Assembly (NCBI GenBank): GCA_028679325.1
Contig: JAJRBS010000171.1
Span: 1-48,777, forward strand
Length of the DNA stretch: 48,777 nucleotides
Source of the DNA: Methanoregulaceae archaeon
GTDB lineage: Archaea; Halobacteriota; Methanomicrobia; Methanomicrobiales; Methanospirillaceae
Direction: 5' to 3'
Shown here: piece by piece, positions 7,179 through 15,983 of the stretch
Numbering within the stretch: position 1 is the first letter of the stretch
Layout: the number at the start of each line of letters is the position of its first letter
Notes under the pieces: generated by a model
Seen by the model: only the letters and a program-made list of their open reading frames with translations
The model's database searches: none
Told to the model about the DNA's origin: nothing
Position numbers and translations under genes: made by a program

Positions 7179-9716
7179 TTAGTAATCCTCGAAGACTTCG
7201 TAGTGCCCTGATTCTATTCTCATGGAGTGATAGAGGTCAAGCGCAGCTATCACCTCTTCTATACTCGGGTACCGGTCATTCGGATTCTTCTCGAGACATT
7301 TCCTGGTGATATGATCGAGAGGAAAGGCAAAGGGGTTCAGGAGGGAGGGATCATGAGGTTCATCGGAGATGATCCTCGCGCTCACCTGGTTGATGTCCCC
7401 TCCGGAGAAAGGCAGTTCTCCGGTGAGAAGCTCGTAGAAGACAACACCGAGCTGGTATATATCGGTCCTCTGGTCTGTCTCTCCAAATTTCCCGGGCGAG
7501 ATCTGTTCAGGTGCCGCATAGGAGAGGGAGAACCCGGTAATGGTGGGGAGCAGGCATGCTCCCATCACCTTGCTCATTCCCCAGTCTGTGATCTTCGGGA
7601 CTCCTTCGGGGGTCATCAGGATGTTCTGGGGCTTGATGTCACGGTGGATGATTCCCTGGGAGTGGGCATAGGACAGCCCGGAAGCGATCCCCCTGATGAT
7701 CCTGGCTGCTTCATCGGGTTGCACCGGTTTCTTCAGGTCGGCGAGCGATCGCCCGATATACTCCATCTCGATGTAGGGGACGGGCAGGATATTTGCCTCC
7801 CTTATGGATACGATATTCTCGTGCCTCAGGTCTTCCCATGCTTTTATCTCCTTCATGAAACACTTGCCGGCCGTATCATTGAAATGGACCGGGATCTTGA
7901 GCGCCACCTCTTCACCGGTCGCTGCCTTCTCTGCCTTGAAGACCCGGGCGATACCTCCCATACCGATCAGTTGCGGGACGGTGTACCTGTCGCAGAGTTC
8001 TTGCGGAAAACTGTCCGGGACCGGGGCCGGCCTCCCTGGGACGATTGTCGCGTCAGGAGGTGGAGTCCCGGTCCCGGTATCACCGTGGGGACTTCCGGTG
8101 AATGGCAGCCCTGACAGGCCGAAGGCAAGGAATTCCCACCGGGCAGCAAGTCCGCCTGCCAGCGCTGAGGCGAAGGTGAGGGCGAGGGGGATCCTGACCT
8201 CGGGCGGACTCCCGATGAGGGCGAGAGCCGCGGAAAAAGCGCAGACCAGCGAGAAGAAGATGTGCCCGCCGAGTGTCCACCGCAGGGGGTGGGCGAGGAG
8301 CGCCCCGGCAAAGAGGACCAGGCTGGATACGATGAGGTAAACCGAGACCGGGAGGATGATGAAAGAGAACGGTGAGATTGGCTGTCCGTCAGCGGCGAGG
8401 CTGTTGAAGATGAAGAGCCCGGCAATCAGACCGCCGGCGATGAGGCCGTAGGCCGCGGTCAGGATCCCGCGTTCCCGGGCAGGGATGGTCAGGACCCCGG
8501 CCGGCCGGCGGAACAGGTCGATCACCACCAGCACGCTGCAGATACCTCCCATCACCGGGAGGAACGGGAAGCCCGGGAAGTTTCCAAATAGCGGCGGCAA
8601 CCCGGTTGTATTACCGGGAGGTGTCGTCGGAGCCGTTGTTACCGGGAGTGTCGTTGGCGGCGTGGTGCTGAATGGAGTTGTGGAGGTGGTTGGACGGGAT
8701 GTCCAGGGCCGGGTGGTAGCCGTGGTTGTGGGGATGGTGGTGCCGGTCGTGGTCTGGCCGGTCGTGATATTGGTGGTTGGTATGGTGGTGGTGACGGTTG
8801 TGGTCGGAATGGTGGTCGTAACCGTGGTCTGGCCGGTCGTGATATTGGTGGTTGGTATGGTGGTGGTAACGGTTGTGGTCGGAATGGTGGTCGTCACCGT
8901 CGTGGTCGGTTTGGTAGTCGTCGGTTTGGTAGTGGTGACGGTTGTGGTCGGAACGGTCGTCGGAATGGTGGTCGGGACAGTCGTATGAACGGTTGTTGGA
9001 ACAGTCGTCGGAATGGTAGTGGGGACAGTGGTGGGAACCGTGGTTGGTACGGTTGTCGGAACAGTCGTCGGAATGGTAGTGGGGACAGTGGTGGGAACTG
9101 TGGTTGGTACGGTCGTCGGAACAGTTGTCGGAATGGTGGTCGGGACGGTTGTTGGCACCGTTGTGGGAACGGTCGTTGTCGGAGTTACGACGGGGGGAAG
9201 GACCACCAGGGGGACAACAGTCTGGCCTCCCTCGTCCACCGTGACATCGATCTGCACCGTCTGGTACCCGGCCAGGACAAACCGCAGGGTATGGAGACCG
9301 ACACCGACATTCTCGATGGTCAGGCCGCCCTGGTCCGGGATGGTGCCCGAGAACTGATCGTCGAGGTATACCCTGGCGCCCGAGGGGTCCGAATCGACCT
9401 GCAGGGAGCCTGTCATCCTGGTGAACCGGGCATAGATCATATGGTCGTCGTGGACAGGGGGGAAGGTGTAGACGGGGATGGCACCGATCGAGGCTCCATC
9501 GACGACGACCGAACTTATCCGGAACCCGGTTGCCGGGGTGATGGAGAAGAGTGGGGTTTCGCCTGTCTGGACCGTCACCAGCCCCGAAGGATAGATGGAT
9601 CCCCCGTACCCTGCACCTGCATTGATGGTGAAGTCCTTGGCTTCGACAGACACCACAAGGAAGATCGAAGTAAAGAGCAGAACGATAAGAATGCCGGAAT
9701 ATCGTATCCCCGTCAT
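7179..9716 (-). CDS. Membrane receptor-like Hanks-type Ser/Thr kinase: signal peptide, InlB-B-repeat-like + PEGA ectodomain, Thr-rich stalk, ~5 TM, C-terminal kinase
   Basis: GMGGIARV, VALK, HRDIKPQN, TDWG, YAAPE, TDIYQLG; PEGA GSLQVDSDPSGARVYLD; five hydrophobic segments between stalk and kinase. Confidence 0.93.
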   Translation of the reverse strand: MTGIRYSGILIVLLFTSIFLVVSVEAKDFTINAGAGYGGSIYPSGLVTVQTGETPLFSITPATGFRISSVVVDGASIGAIPVYTFPPVHDDHMIYARFTRMTGSLQVDSDPSGARVYLDDQFSGTIPDQGGLTIENVGVGLHTLRFVLAGYQTVQIDVTVDEGGQTVVPLVVLPPVVTPTTTVPTTVPTTVPTTIPTTVPTTVPTTVPTTVPTTIPTTVPTTVPTTVPTTVPTTIPTTVPTTVHTTVPTTIPTTVPTTTVTTTKPTTTKPTTTVTTTIPTTTVTTTIPTTNITTGQTTVTTTIPTTTVTTTIPTTNITTGQTTTGTTIPTTTATTRPWTSRPTTSTTPFSTTPPTTLPVTTAPTTPPGNTTGLPPLFGNFPGFPFLPVMGGICSVLVVIDLFRRPAGVLTIPARERGILTAAYGLIAGGLIAGLFIFNSLAADGQPISPFSFIILPVSVYLIVSSLVLFAGALLAHPLRWTLGGHIFFSLVCAFSAALALIGSPPEVRIPLALTFASALAGGLAARWEFLAFGLSGLPFTGSPHGDTGTGTPPPDATIVPGRPAPVPDSFPQELCDRYTVPQLIGMGGIARVFKAEKAATGEEVALKIPVHFNDTAGKCFMKEIKAWEDLRHENIVSIREANILPVPYIEMEYIGRSLADLKKPVQPDEAARIIRGIASGLSYAHSQGIIHRDIKPQNILMTPEGVPKITDWGMSKVMGACLLPTITGFSLSYAAPEQISPGKFGETDQRTDIYQLGVVFYELLTGELPFSGGDINQVSARIISDEPHDPSLLNPFAFPLDHITRKCLEKNPNDRYPSIEEVIAALDLYHSMRIESGHYEVFEDY
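8700..9185 (-). repeat. Thr-rich coding tandem repeats in the kinase stalk
   Basis: 12-nt (TVPT/TIPT) unit with 60-nt higher-order period (lines 9001 and 9061 near-identical); 75-nt duplication starting at 8751 and 8826. Confidence 0.9.
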
Positions 9717-9738
9717 GTTTCCCGGTCCTGGTCGCTTT

Positions 9739-10527
9739 TCAGGAATTTTCAGGCAGGATCACCAGCAGGCGGGCACCCTTCGCCCCTTTTCCGAGCTCAA
9801 GGAGGTCTCCGTCATGCAGGACAGCCGGCTGCCGCTTGTAGAGCTCAGTGCTGTTCAGGTAGGATCCCCCGCTGCTCCCCCTGTCCTCGAAGTAGTAGTT
9901 TGGCCCCTCCTTCTTGAAGACACCGTGGGGTTTGGTGACGCGGGAGACTGATGAATATTCGGCTGAGAGCACGATGTCGGAGACCGGTTCCTGCCGGGAG
10001 GGAGCGAGGGTATCGATCCTTCCGATACGGGTCTCCAGGCTCTCGAGAATGAAGAGTTTCCCGTCATCAGAACCCCCGAGGATGATGACCATGGGATTAT
10101 TCCCGGCAATCTCGCTATCGACTGCCTCCCGCACCTCCTCGAGTTTCTTCTTCAGTTCTGCATCATTGATATTGATTCGCATATTGGAGAAAATGCCGAG
10201 GTTCCTGACCACTGCTTCCATGGCTCCCGGGACGAGCGAGTATTTCCAGACCGGGTGGACCCCCTTTGATGTCTGCTGGCCGAGTCCGACCTCTTTCCTG
10301 ATAAGGCCCATGGCGATCAGTTTGTCGAGATGTTTCTTGGTGTTCTCGTAGCTCGTGTTGATATCGGATGCTATCATCCGGACATCCTTGGGCTTTTTCT
10401 CAAGGATCTTCAGGATCTTCAGCCGCTGGCTGTTGGAGAGCACTTCGAGGTACTCCGAGAGCTCGTTGTAATAGTCGGGGACCTGATCGAGTACAATTGT
10501 GTGGGCTTCCTCGCGATGCTCTGCCAT
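9739..10527 (-). CDS. ArsR-like winged-HTH + FHA domain transcriptional regulator
   Basis: N-terminal LSNSQRLKILKIL...YENTKKHLDKLIAMGLI (wHTH); C-terminal FHA motifs RIGR, SVSRVTKPHG, DRGSSGGSYLN, LHDGDLLELG. Confidence 0.9.
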   Translation of the reverse strand: MAEHREEAHTIVLDQVPDYYNELSEYLEVLSNSQRLKILKILEKKPKDVRMIASDINTSYENTKKHLDKLIAMGLIRKEVGLGQQTSKGVHPVWKYSLVPGAMEAVVRNLGIFSNMRININDAELKKKLEEVREAVDSEIAGNNPMVIILGGSDDGKLFILESLETRIGRIDTLAPSRQEPVSDIVLSAEYSSVSRVTKPHGVFKKEGPNYYFEDRGSSGGSYLNSTELYKRQPAVLHDGDLLELGKGAKGARLLVILPENS

Positions 10528-10595
10528 AACCGACTGCCTCCGGTTAAGGAAAGTTTGACCTTATGGAACAAAAACATTCTCCGAAAAGCGAGGTC

Positions 10596-10616
10596 ATATA
10601 ATTGAACCTGCAGGTT
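10596..10616 (-). promoter_or_regulatory. TATA-like box with adjacent 12-bp palindrome upstream of the FHA-regulator/kinase genes
   Basis: Minus-strand AATTATAT at 10596-10603; perfect palindrome AACCTGCAGGTT at 10605-10616. Confidence 0.4.
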
Positions 10617-10774
10617 AAACACTTAAAATTGATTATTCCGGCTGCCTTTTCTTTCCCGGACCGCGCCGGCCGGGAATTCAGATACTCAAAAGCACGGATC
10701 GCCCGGCTGCGTCCTGCAATGGATAGCTCAGATCACATATCTACCGTTCGGAACAAGGTCAGGAAAAAAGGATT

Positions 10775-12394
10775 TCAGGAGAATGCCGATCCGATGCTGC
10801 CGAAATCCGGTGTCATCATCACCAGGACCACGGAAACATCCCCGTGGTGAACGGTTACCGTCCGGCTGCTGCTCCGGTACCCGGGCAGAGTGATGTTCAC
10901 GGCATGAGTCCCCGGAGGAACCGAAGTGATGAGTTTCGGTGTCATACCTCCGGAGATGTCATCGATGGACAGCGTACAACCGAACGGGACGGTATAGATG
11001 AAGAGCGCCCCGTTTGCCGGGTATCGCGTATCTGGTCCCGGGGTAGGAACTGCTGTCGGAGGTTGGGTCTCTGCTGCATCTTCTGACAGTTCGAGATTAA
11101 GCTTGGGGGTGACCGACACTCTACCCATCCCGATGTTCACCACCAGGGTCTGAGACAGGTAGCCTTGCCGCGACAGGGTTATTGTCTGCATCCCTGTGGG
11201 AACATTCTCAATGACCTCGTTCGACCTCCCCCATTCCTTTCCCTGAATCACGACTGTGGCCGTGGGGTCTGATACAACAAAAACTCCTCCGGTTCCTGCA
11301 GGTGAGGGAGAGGGTTCCGGGGTCGGTGTCGGACTGGTCGTGACAGGTGCAGTCGTTGGGACAGTAGTGGGAATCGTGGTCGCTGCAGTTGTCGGGACAG
11401 TCGTGGTTGCGGTTGTGGGGATTGTTGTCGGGACTGTTGTGGCAGCCGCTGTCGGGGTTGTCGTTGGGATAGTGGCAGGAATCGTTGTAGGTGCCGTGGT
11501 TGGAACGGTAGTGGCAGCGGTGGTCGGAGTTGTCGTGGGTATGGTGGTAGGGACAGTGGTGGCAGCGGTGGTCGGAGTTGTCGTGGGTATGGTGGTAGGG
11601 ACAGTGGTGGCGTCGGTAGTCGGAGTTGTCGTGGGTATGGTGGTAGGGACAGTGGTGGCAGCGGTGGTCGGAGTTGTTGTGGGTATGGTGGTAGGGACAA
11701 TGGTGGCAGCGGTGGTGGGGACGGTGGTCACCGGGGGATCCACGGGAGTGAGGACAACCGGGGGAACAACTGTCTGCCCCCCTTCATCTACGGTGACATC
11801 GAACTGCACCGTCTGGTACCCTGCCAGAATAAACCGCAGGGTATGGGGGCCGATAGGGATGTCCCCGATAGTCAGGCCGCCCTGGTCAGGGATGGTGTCC
11901 GCGAACTGGTCGTCAATGTAGATCCTGGCCCCGGCCGGATCAGATGCAACGTACAGCGATCCGGTCATCCGGACAAACCGGGCATAGATCATGTGGTCGT
12001 CACGGACCGGGGCAAAAGTATAGACCGGGACTGATCCCACCGGAGATCCATCGATGACCACCGAACTGATCCGGAATCCCTGGGAAGGGGTTATGGAAAA
12101 GAGGGGTGTATCCCCCGATTGCACGGTCACCAGACCCGAAGGCTGGATAGATCCGCCATATCCTGCCCCCGCATTGATCTGGTGGTCCTTCGCCCCGGAA
12201 ACCGCCGGAAGGAAGCTCGCCACCAGGATGACTGCAAGGAGCAGGGCCCGGAATTGTGTTCCCGGAAAAGGTCCGTTCCGGGGCTTCCCGGGGCTCTGGC
12301 GGCCGGACAGGACTCGTAAGTATGCTGTATGCTCGTGGAAAATGGAGAACCCGGCGGGTAGAATTCTCACCAATTTTTTTGGATGCGCTGCCAT
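10775..12394 (-). CDS. PEGA-domain surface protein with Thr-rich linker, paralogue of the kinase ectodomain (start uncertain)
   Basis: Hydrophobic segment ALLLAVILVASFLPAVSGA; same N-terminal domains as the kinase; Thr/Pro linker; two further PEGA-like domains; no kinase domain or C-terminal anchor. Confidence 0.85.
   Translation of the reverse strand: MAAHPKKLVRILPAGFSIFHEHTAYLRVLSGRQSPGKPRNGPFPGTQFRALLLAVILVASFLPAVSGAKDHQINAGAGYGGSIQPSGLVTVQSGDTPLFSITPSQGFRISSVVIDGSPVGSVPVYTFAPVRDDHMIYARFVRMTGSLYVASDPAGARIYIDDQFADTIPDQGGLTIGDIPIGPHTLRFILAGYQTVQFDVTVDEGGQTVVPPVVLTPVDPPVTTVPTTAATIVPTTIPTTTPTTAATTVPTTIPTTTPTTDATTVPTTIPTTTPTTAATTVPTTIPTTTPTTAATTVPTTAPTTIPATIPTTTPTAAATTVPTTIPTTATTTVPTTAATTIPTTVPTTAPVTTSPTPTPEPSPSPAGTGGVFVVSDPTATVVIQGKEWGRSNEVIENVPTGMQTITLSRQGYLSQTLVVNIGMGRVSVTPKLNLELSEDAAETQPPTAVPTPGPDTRYPANGALFIYTVPFGCTLSIDDISGGMTPKLITSVPPGTHAVNITLPGYRSSSRTVTVHHGDVSVVLVMMTPDFGSIGSAFS
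11340..11730 (-). repeat. Thr-rich coding repeats, 48-nt unit (AATTVPTTIPTTTPTT)
   Basis: About four near-identical 48-nt copies between ~11517 and ~11716 with degenerate flanks. Confidence 0.88.
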
Positions 12395-12529
12395 AGTGTC
12401 CAGACTCCCGTTAAGAAAAACAGAGCAATGGGATATAATTTCTGAAGGAGGGATGCAGATCATACAACGTCCAGGTTAGCTGAACGGCCCCCGTACCCTG
12501 GCTCCAAACCCTGCAGTTCGGACAACAGC

Positions 12530-13267
12530 TTGATAAACGAGGAACTCCCGTCTGAGGATGAACTGATGATTCCTTCCCGCCCCGATAGTGACCTGATCCG
12601 AAATGCACGGGCGATCCAGGACAGGTTAAGGGCACGATACAGCTGCGGGGTCAGGGGAAGAGAGATATCGGTCAAGATTATCGGCGGGGCGGATGCAGCC
12701 TATTCCGGAGACACCGGGATAGGGGTCATCGCTCTCCTCTCCTTCCGGGACCTTGAGCCGATCGGGCACGCCGTTGCGGTCCGGAAAGTCCTTTTCCCTT
12801 ACGTGCCCGGTCTCTTCGGTTTCCGGGAGGTTCCTCTCTACCTGGCTGCCTGCGAGAAGCTCGGTCTCCTGCCTGACCTCCTCTTCGTGAACGGGCACGG
12901 CTTCTCACACCCGCGGCGGTTCGGACTGGCGTGCCACACCGGGTCTCTCCTCGGTATCCCCACCATCGGCATGGCTTCCCGGCTTCTTTGCGGGAGGGCG
13001 GCCCTCCCCGGGCCTGAGCAGGGTTCCTCTACCGCCGTCACGGATAATGGTGAGACCATCGGGATGTCGGTCAGGACAAAGGCGGGATCAAAACCTGTCG
13101 TGATCTCGGCCGGATACCTGACCGATCTCCCATACGCGGTGGAGATGACCCTCGCCTGCCTGACCGGTAACCGCCTGCCGCAGCCGCTCCATGCCGCGGA
13201 TAAGCTCTCGCGATGGTACCTCGCTCTGTTGTCGAAGAATGCGTTCTACCCTTGTTATCGTTTTTAA
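12530..13267 (+). CDS. nfi: Endonuclease V family protein with active-site substitutions (start may be 12566)
   Basis: GADAAY, FPYVPGLFGFRE, HPRRFGLACH, PTIG, RLPQP..AD; canonical DGxG reads NGHG. Confidence 0.88.
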   Translation: MINEELPSEDELMIPSRPDSDLIRNARAIQDRLRARYSCGVRGREISVKIIGGADAAYSGDTGIGVIALLSFRDLEPIGHAVAVRKVLFPYVPGLFGFREVPLYLAACEKLGLLPDLLFVNGHGFSHPRRFGLACHTGSLLGIPTIGMASRLLCGRAALPGPEQGSSTAVTDNGETIGMSVRTKAGSKPVVISAGYLTDLPYAVEMTLACLTGNRLPQPLHAADKLSRWYLALLSKNAFYPCYRF

Positions 13268-13340
13268 AAACAACGATTTCGATAGATATATTCAGTTCTG
13301 TCTCCATTAATCGTGGTTATATCCCCCATTGGAAGCTTGC

Positions 13341-14456
13341 ATGGTGTCCGAACTCGTTGTTATCGCCGGCCTCCTGGTCGTCTTCGCCGCCATCCTCACC
13401 GGGCCTTTCCGGGTGCCCGCTGTCGAGCATAACCTCGAGGTCTTCCTGCTCATCGCCGGTATCGTCGCCCTCACCCTGTCCGGGCTGGTCGTTATCCCGG
13501 GCGTCGAGACCGGCTGGTCGCTTGAGATAATGGAAGAGGCGCTCACCGCCCCCCTCTATATCACTGATATCTTCGGCATACCCATCGGGATCGTGCAGGT
13601 GGTCCTCCTGGTAGGATTGATCCTCTATGTCTGGCATGCTCCGATCCAACGGGGTATCGCAATGATGGTCTCCCACCTGTCGCTGAACATCATGATCTTC
13701 TCCCTGATAGTGGTTCTCGGGCTCGTATCGAGCATCATCTCCGCTATCATCGCCTCCATCATCCTAGTAGAGGTTCTCTGTGCCCTCCCCCTCCAGCGGA
13801 AGGCGCAGGTGGCTGCCACAGTCGCAGCCTGTTTCTCGATTGGCCTTGGGGCGGTCCTCACCCCCCTCGGTGAACCTCTCTCGACCATCGTCGTCTCGAA
13901 GCTTGCCGGACCGCCCCATTTCGCAGACTTCTTCTACCTCTTCGATCTTCTTGCCGTCTATATAATTCCCGGGGTGGTAGCCTTCGGGATTATCGGGGTC
14001 GTGATCACCAGAAAGTTCAACGAGGGAGCTGATGCGACGACATGTGAGGTCAGGCGCGAATCGATCCGTGAGGTCCTGCTCCGTGCAGTCAGGGTCTATA
14101 TCTTCATTGTAGCCCTGGTGCTCCTCGGGGAAGGGTTCAAGCCTCTCATCCTGAACTATGTCATCTACATCCCATCGGAGGGCCTGTACTGGGTAAACAC
14201 CGTCTCGGCGGTGCTCGACAACGCCACCCTGGCCGCAGCCGAGGTAGGCCCCGCGCTTTCCGATCTCCAGATCAAAGCCGTGCTGATGTCCCTCCTTGTC
14301 GCTGGTGGGATGCTCATCCCGGGGAATATCCCAAATATCATCGCAGCAGGAAAACTGAAGATAACCAGCAGGGAATGGGCAGGATTGGGAATTATTCTCG
14401 GGATCCCGGCCCTTCTCATCTACTTCGCCGCGGTATTTCTTCCGGTGTACCTGTGA
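13341..14456 (+). CDS. DUF1646 family multi-pass membrane protein (ion-transporter superfamily)
   Basis: VEHNLEVFL, LTPLGEPLSTI, SAVLDNATLAAAE, GGMLIPGNIPNII; about 10 hydrophobic helices. Confidence 0.82.
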   Translation: MVSELVVIAGLLVVFAAILTGPFRVPAVEHNLEVFLLIAGIVALTLSGLVVIPGVETGWSLEIMEEALTAPLYITDIFGIPIGIVQVVLLVGLILYVWHAPIQRGIAMMVSHLSLNIMIFSLIVVLGLVSSIISAIIASIILVEVLCALPLQRKAQVAATVAACFSIGLGAVLTPLGEPLSTIVVSKLAGPPHFADFFYLFDLLAVYIIPGVVAFGIIGVVITRKFNEGADATTCEVRRESIREVLLRAVRVYIFIVALVLLGEGFKPLILNYVIYIPSEGLYWVNTVSAVLDNATLAAAEVGPALSDLQIKAVLMSLLVAGGMLIPGNIPNIIAAGKLKITSREWAGLGIILGIPALLIYFAAVFLPVYL

Positions 14457-14527
14457 AGGTGCGAGACGTGGTCGTGAGTCATGCCCCGGGTGACTGGGCG
14501 AAAAGAACGATATCCCGTATCATCCTT

Positions 14528-15391
14528 TCAGGAGCTCTGGCCGGCAATGAGCACAGGTCTCTTCGCCCGTTTCGCCACCATGTATGCCGTGCTCCCGAGG
14601 ACCATCTCCCGGACGCGGCCATGCCCGTGCCTCCCCATGACGATCAACGAGACATCTTCATTCTCGGCTAGATGGATGATCTCATCTGTCGGGCTTCCCA
14701 GGTGCACCACAACCTCTGCCTCTTTCCCGGCCCTCTTCAAGCCTTCGGCGATTGCCTCCAGCCGGTGCTGTGCAGTCTCCATCGAGATGTCGATCTCCTC
14801 TTTTGTCTCCCCGCGGGTGACGACGTGCAGGAGGATCACCTTCCCCAGACCTTCGAGACCTTCAAGGATCGGCACGACCGCTGAGGCGTGATCTGAAAAA
14901 TCTGTCGGGAAGAGGATTTTTGAAAATATCCCTGGGCACAATTTCTCATATTTCGGCCCCTTGGGCAACTCCACCACCCGGTTCCGGATGATCAGGACAC
15001 CTCCCCTGGTCCCCTGCAATACCCCCTTTGAGACACTTCCGAGGAGTACCCTGCTGACGAGCCCTTTTCCCCTGGCGCCGGTGACAATGAGGGAAACCTC
15101 CTCCTCTTTTGCTACCCTTACAATGGTCTCTGCAACATCTCCTGTGGTGATGACCTCTACCCGGACCCGTGAGTCGATCCCGGACAGAAGGAGATGTTTC
15201 TTCTGATTTTCAAGTTCTTTCTCGGAGTCTTTGATGGCGTTATCAAAAACCCACCCTCTCTTGGAGGGGTGGGTGGCATCGACGACATTGAGAAGGATCA
15301 CCTCATGTACACCAGGCATTTCGGAGACACATTCCAGACTGGCAGAAGAATAGGGGGAGAGGTCCGTGGCAAACAACACCTTTGAGAACAT
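14528..15391 (-). CDS. Universal stress protein, tandem USP domains
   Basis: Two domains: KVLFATDLS...GARGKG..LLGSVS and KILFPTDFS...MGRHGHG..VLGSTA..V..PVL. Confidence 0.93.
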   Translation of the reverse strand: MFSKVLFATDLSPYSSASLECVSEMPGVHEVILLNVVDATHPSKRGWVFDNAIKDSEKELENQKKHLLLSGIDSRVRVEVITTGDVAETIVRVAKEEEVSLIVTGARGKGLVSRVLLGSVSKGVLQGTRGGVLIIRNRVVELPKGPKYEKLCPGIFSKILFPTDFSDHASAVVPILEGLEGLGKVILLHVVTRGETKEEIDISMETAQHRLEAIAEGLKRAGKEAEVVVHLGSPTDEIIHLAENEDVSLIVMGRHGHGRVREMVLGSTAYMVAKRAKRPVLIAGQSS

Positions 15392-15645
15392 GCGGCAACC
15401 TGATGACATATCTGCATCTCTTGAATTCAAATTTGTCCTCTTTTCCCGGAAAGGAAAAATACAGAGTGAAGATAAAAAATTTCATGATTAATCATTACAA
15501 AAATTAAAAGCAGTATTTTTTAAAACAGAGCAATTATTGAGTATATTTTGAGAAAAATCCGTCCTTTACGGGTTTCTGCCATCAATGTTTTTTTATAGGG
15601 GGAACGACAATTGTCCAATGCCTGTAAAGGCGGATGGAATTCGGC

Positions 15646-15969
15646 ATGCCAGAGGTCTCGAAGGCGGAAATCGGTCGGCGCTATTACAAGATGCAGAAGG
15701 ATAAAGGCGTGGAAAAGGCTATGGCCAAAGTGCGACGGAGTATGGGTGCTGACTGGCAGCTCTATACGCATGATGATATCGAGGCCCTCAAGTATATCCT
15801 GGGTCAGTCGTGGGTTTACATCGATCGCGATGCCTGGGAGAAGATCTCCTTCTCCCAGATGACCATGACCGACGTTGGTGCTCTTATCACCGCAGGAAAG
15901 GACGCTCTCAATAAGAAGGTCAGCGAAGAAACAGCAGTCGAGACAGGTAAAAAGATCCTCTTAGCGTAA
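15646..15969 (+). CDS. Hypothetical protein, paralogue of 16474-16803
   Basis: MPEV start; gapless alignment with the 109-aa ORF, 46/107 identities by hand count; AT-rich promoter upstream. Confidence 0.85.
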   Translation: MPEVSKAEIGRRYYKMQKDKGVEKAMAKVRRSMGADWQLYTHDDIEALKYILGQSWVYIDRDAWEKISFSQMTMTDVGALITAGKDALNKKVSEETAVETGKKILLA

Positions 15970-15983
15970 AATCAATGCAATTT

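Noticed and set aside
6913..7182. 89-aa ORF in the ACD-kinase gap
   Set aside because: No recognisable features; the base-pairing pattern explains the region better, though a peptide cannot be excluded
8485..9357. Val/Gly-rich plus-strand ORFs resembling membrane proteins (also 11256-11921)
   Set aside because: Reverse complement of the Thr/Pro repeat codons
8700..11730. Regular repeats as a possible CRISPR array
   Set aside because: In-frame coding repeats without unique spacers; no cas genes
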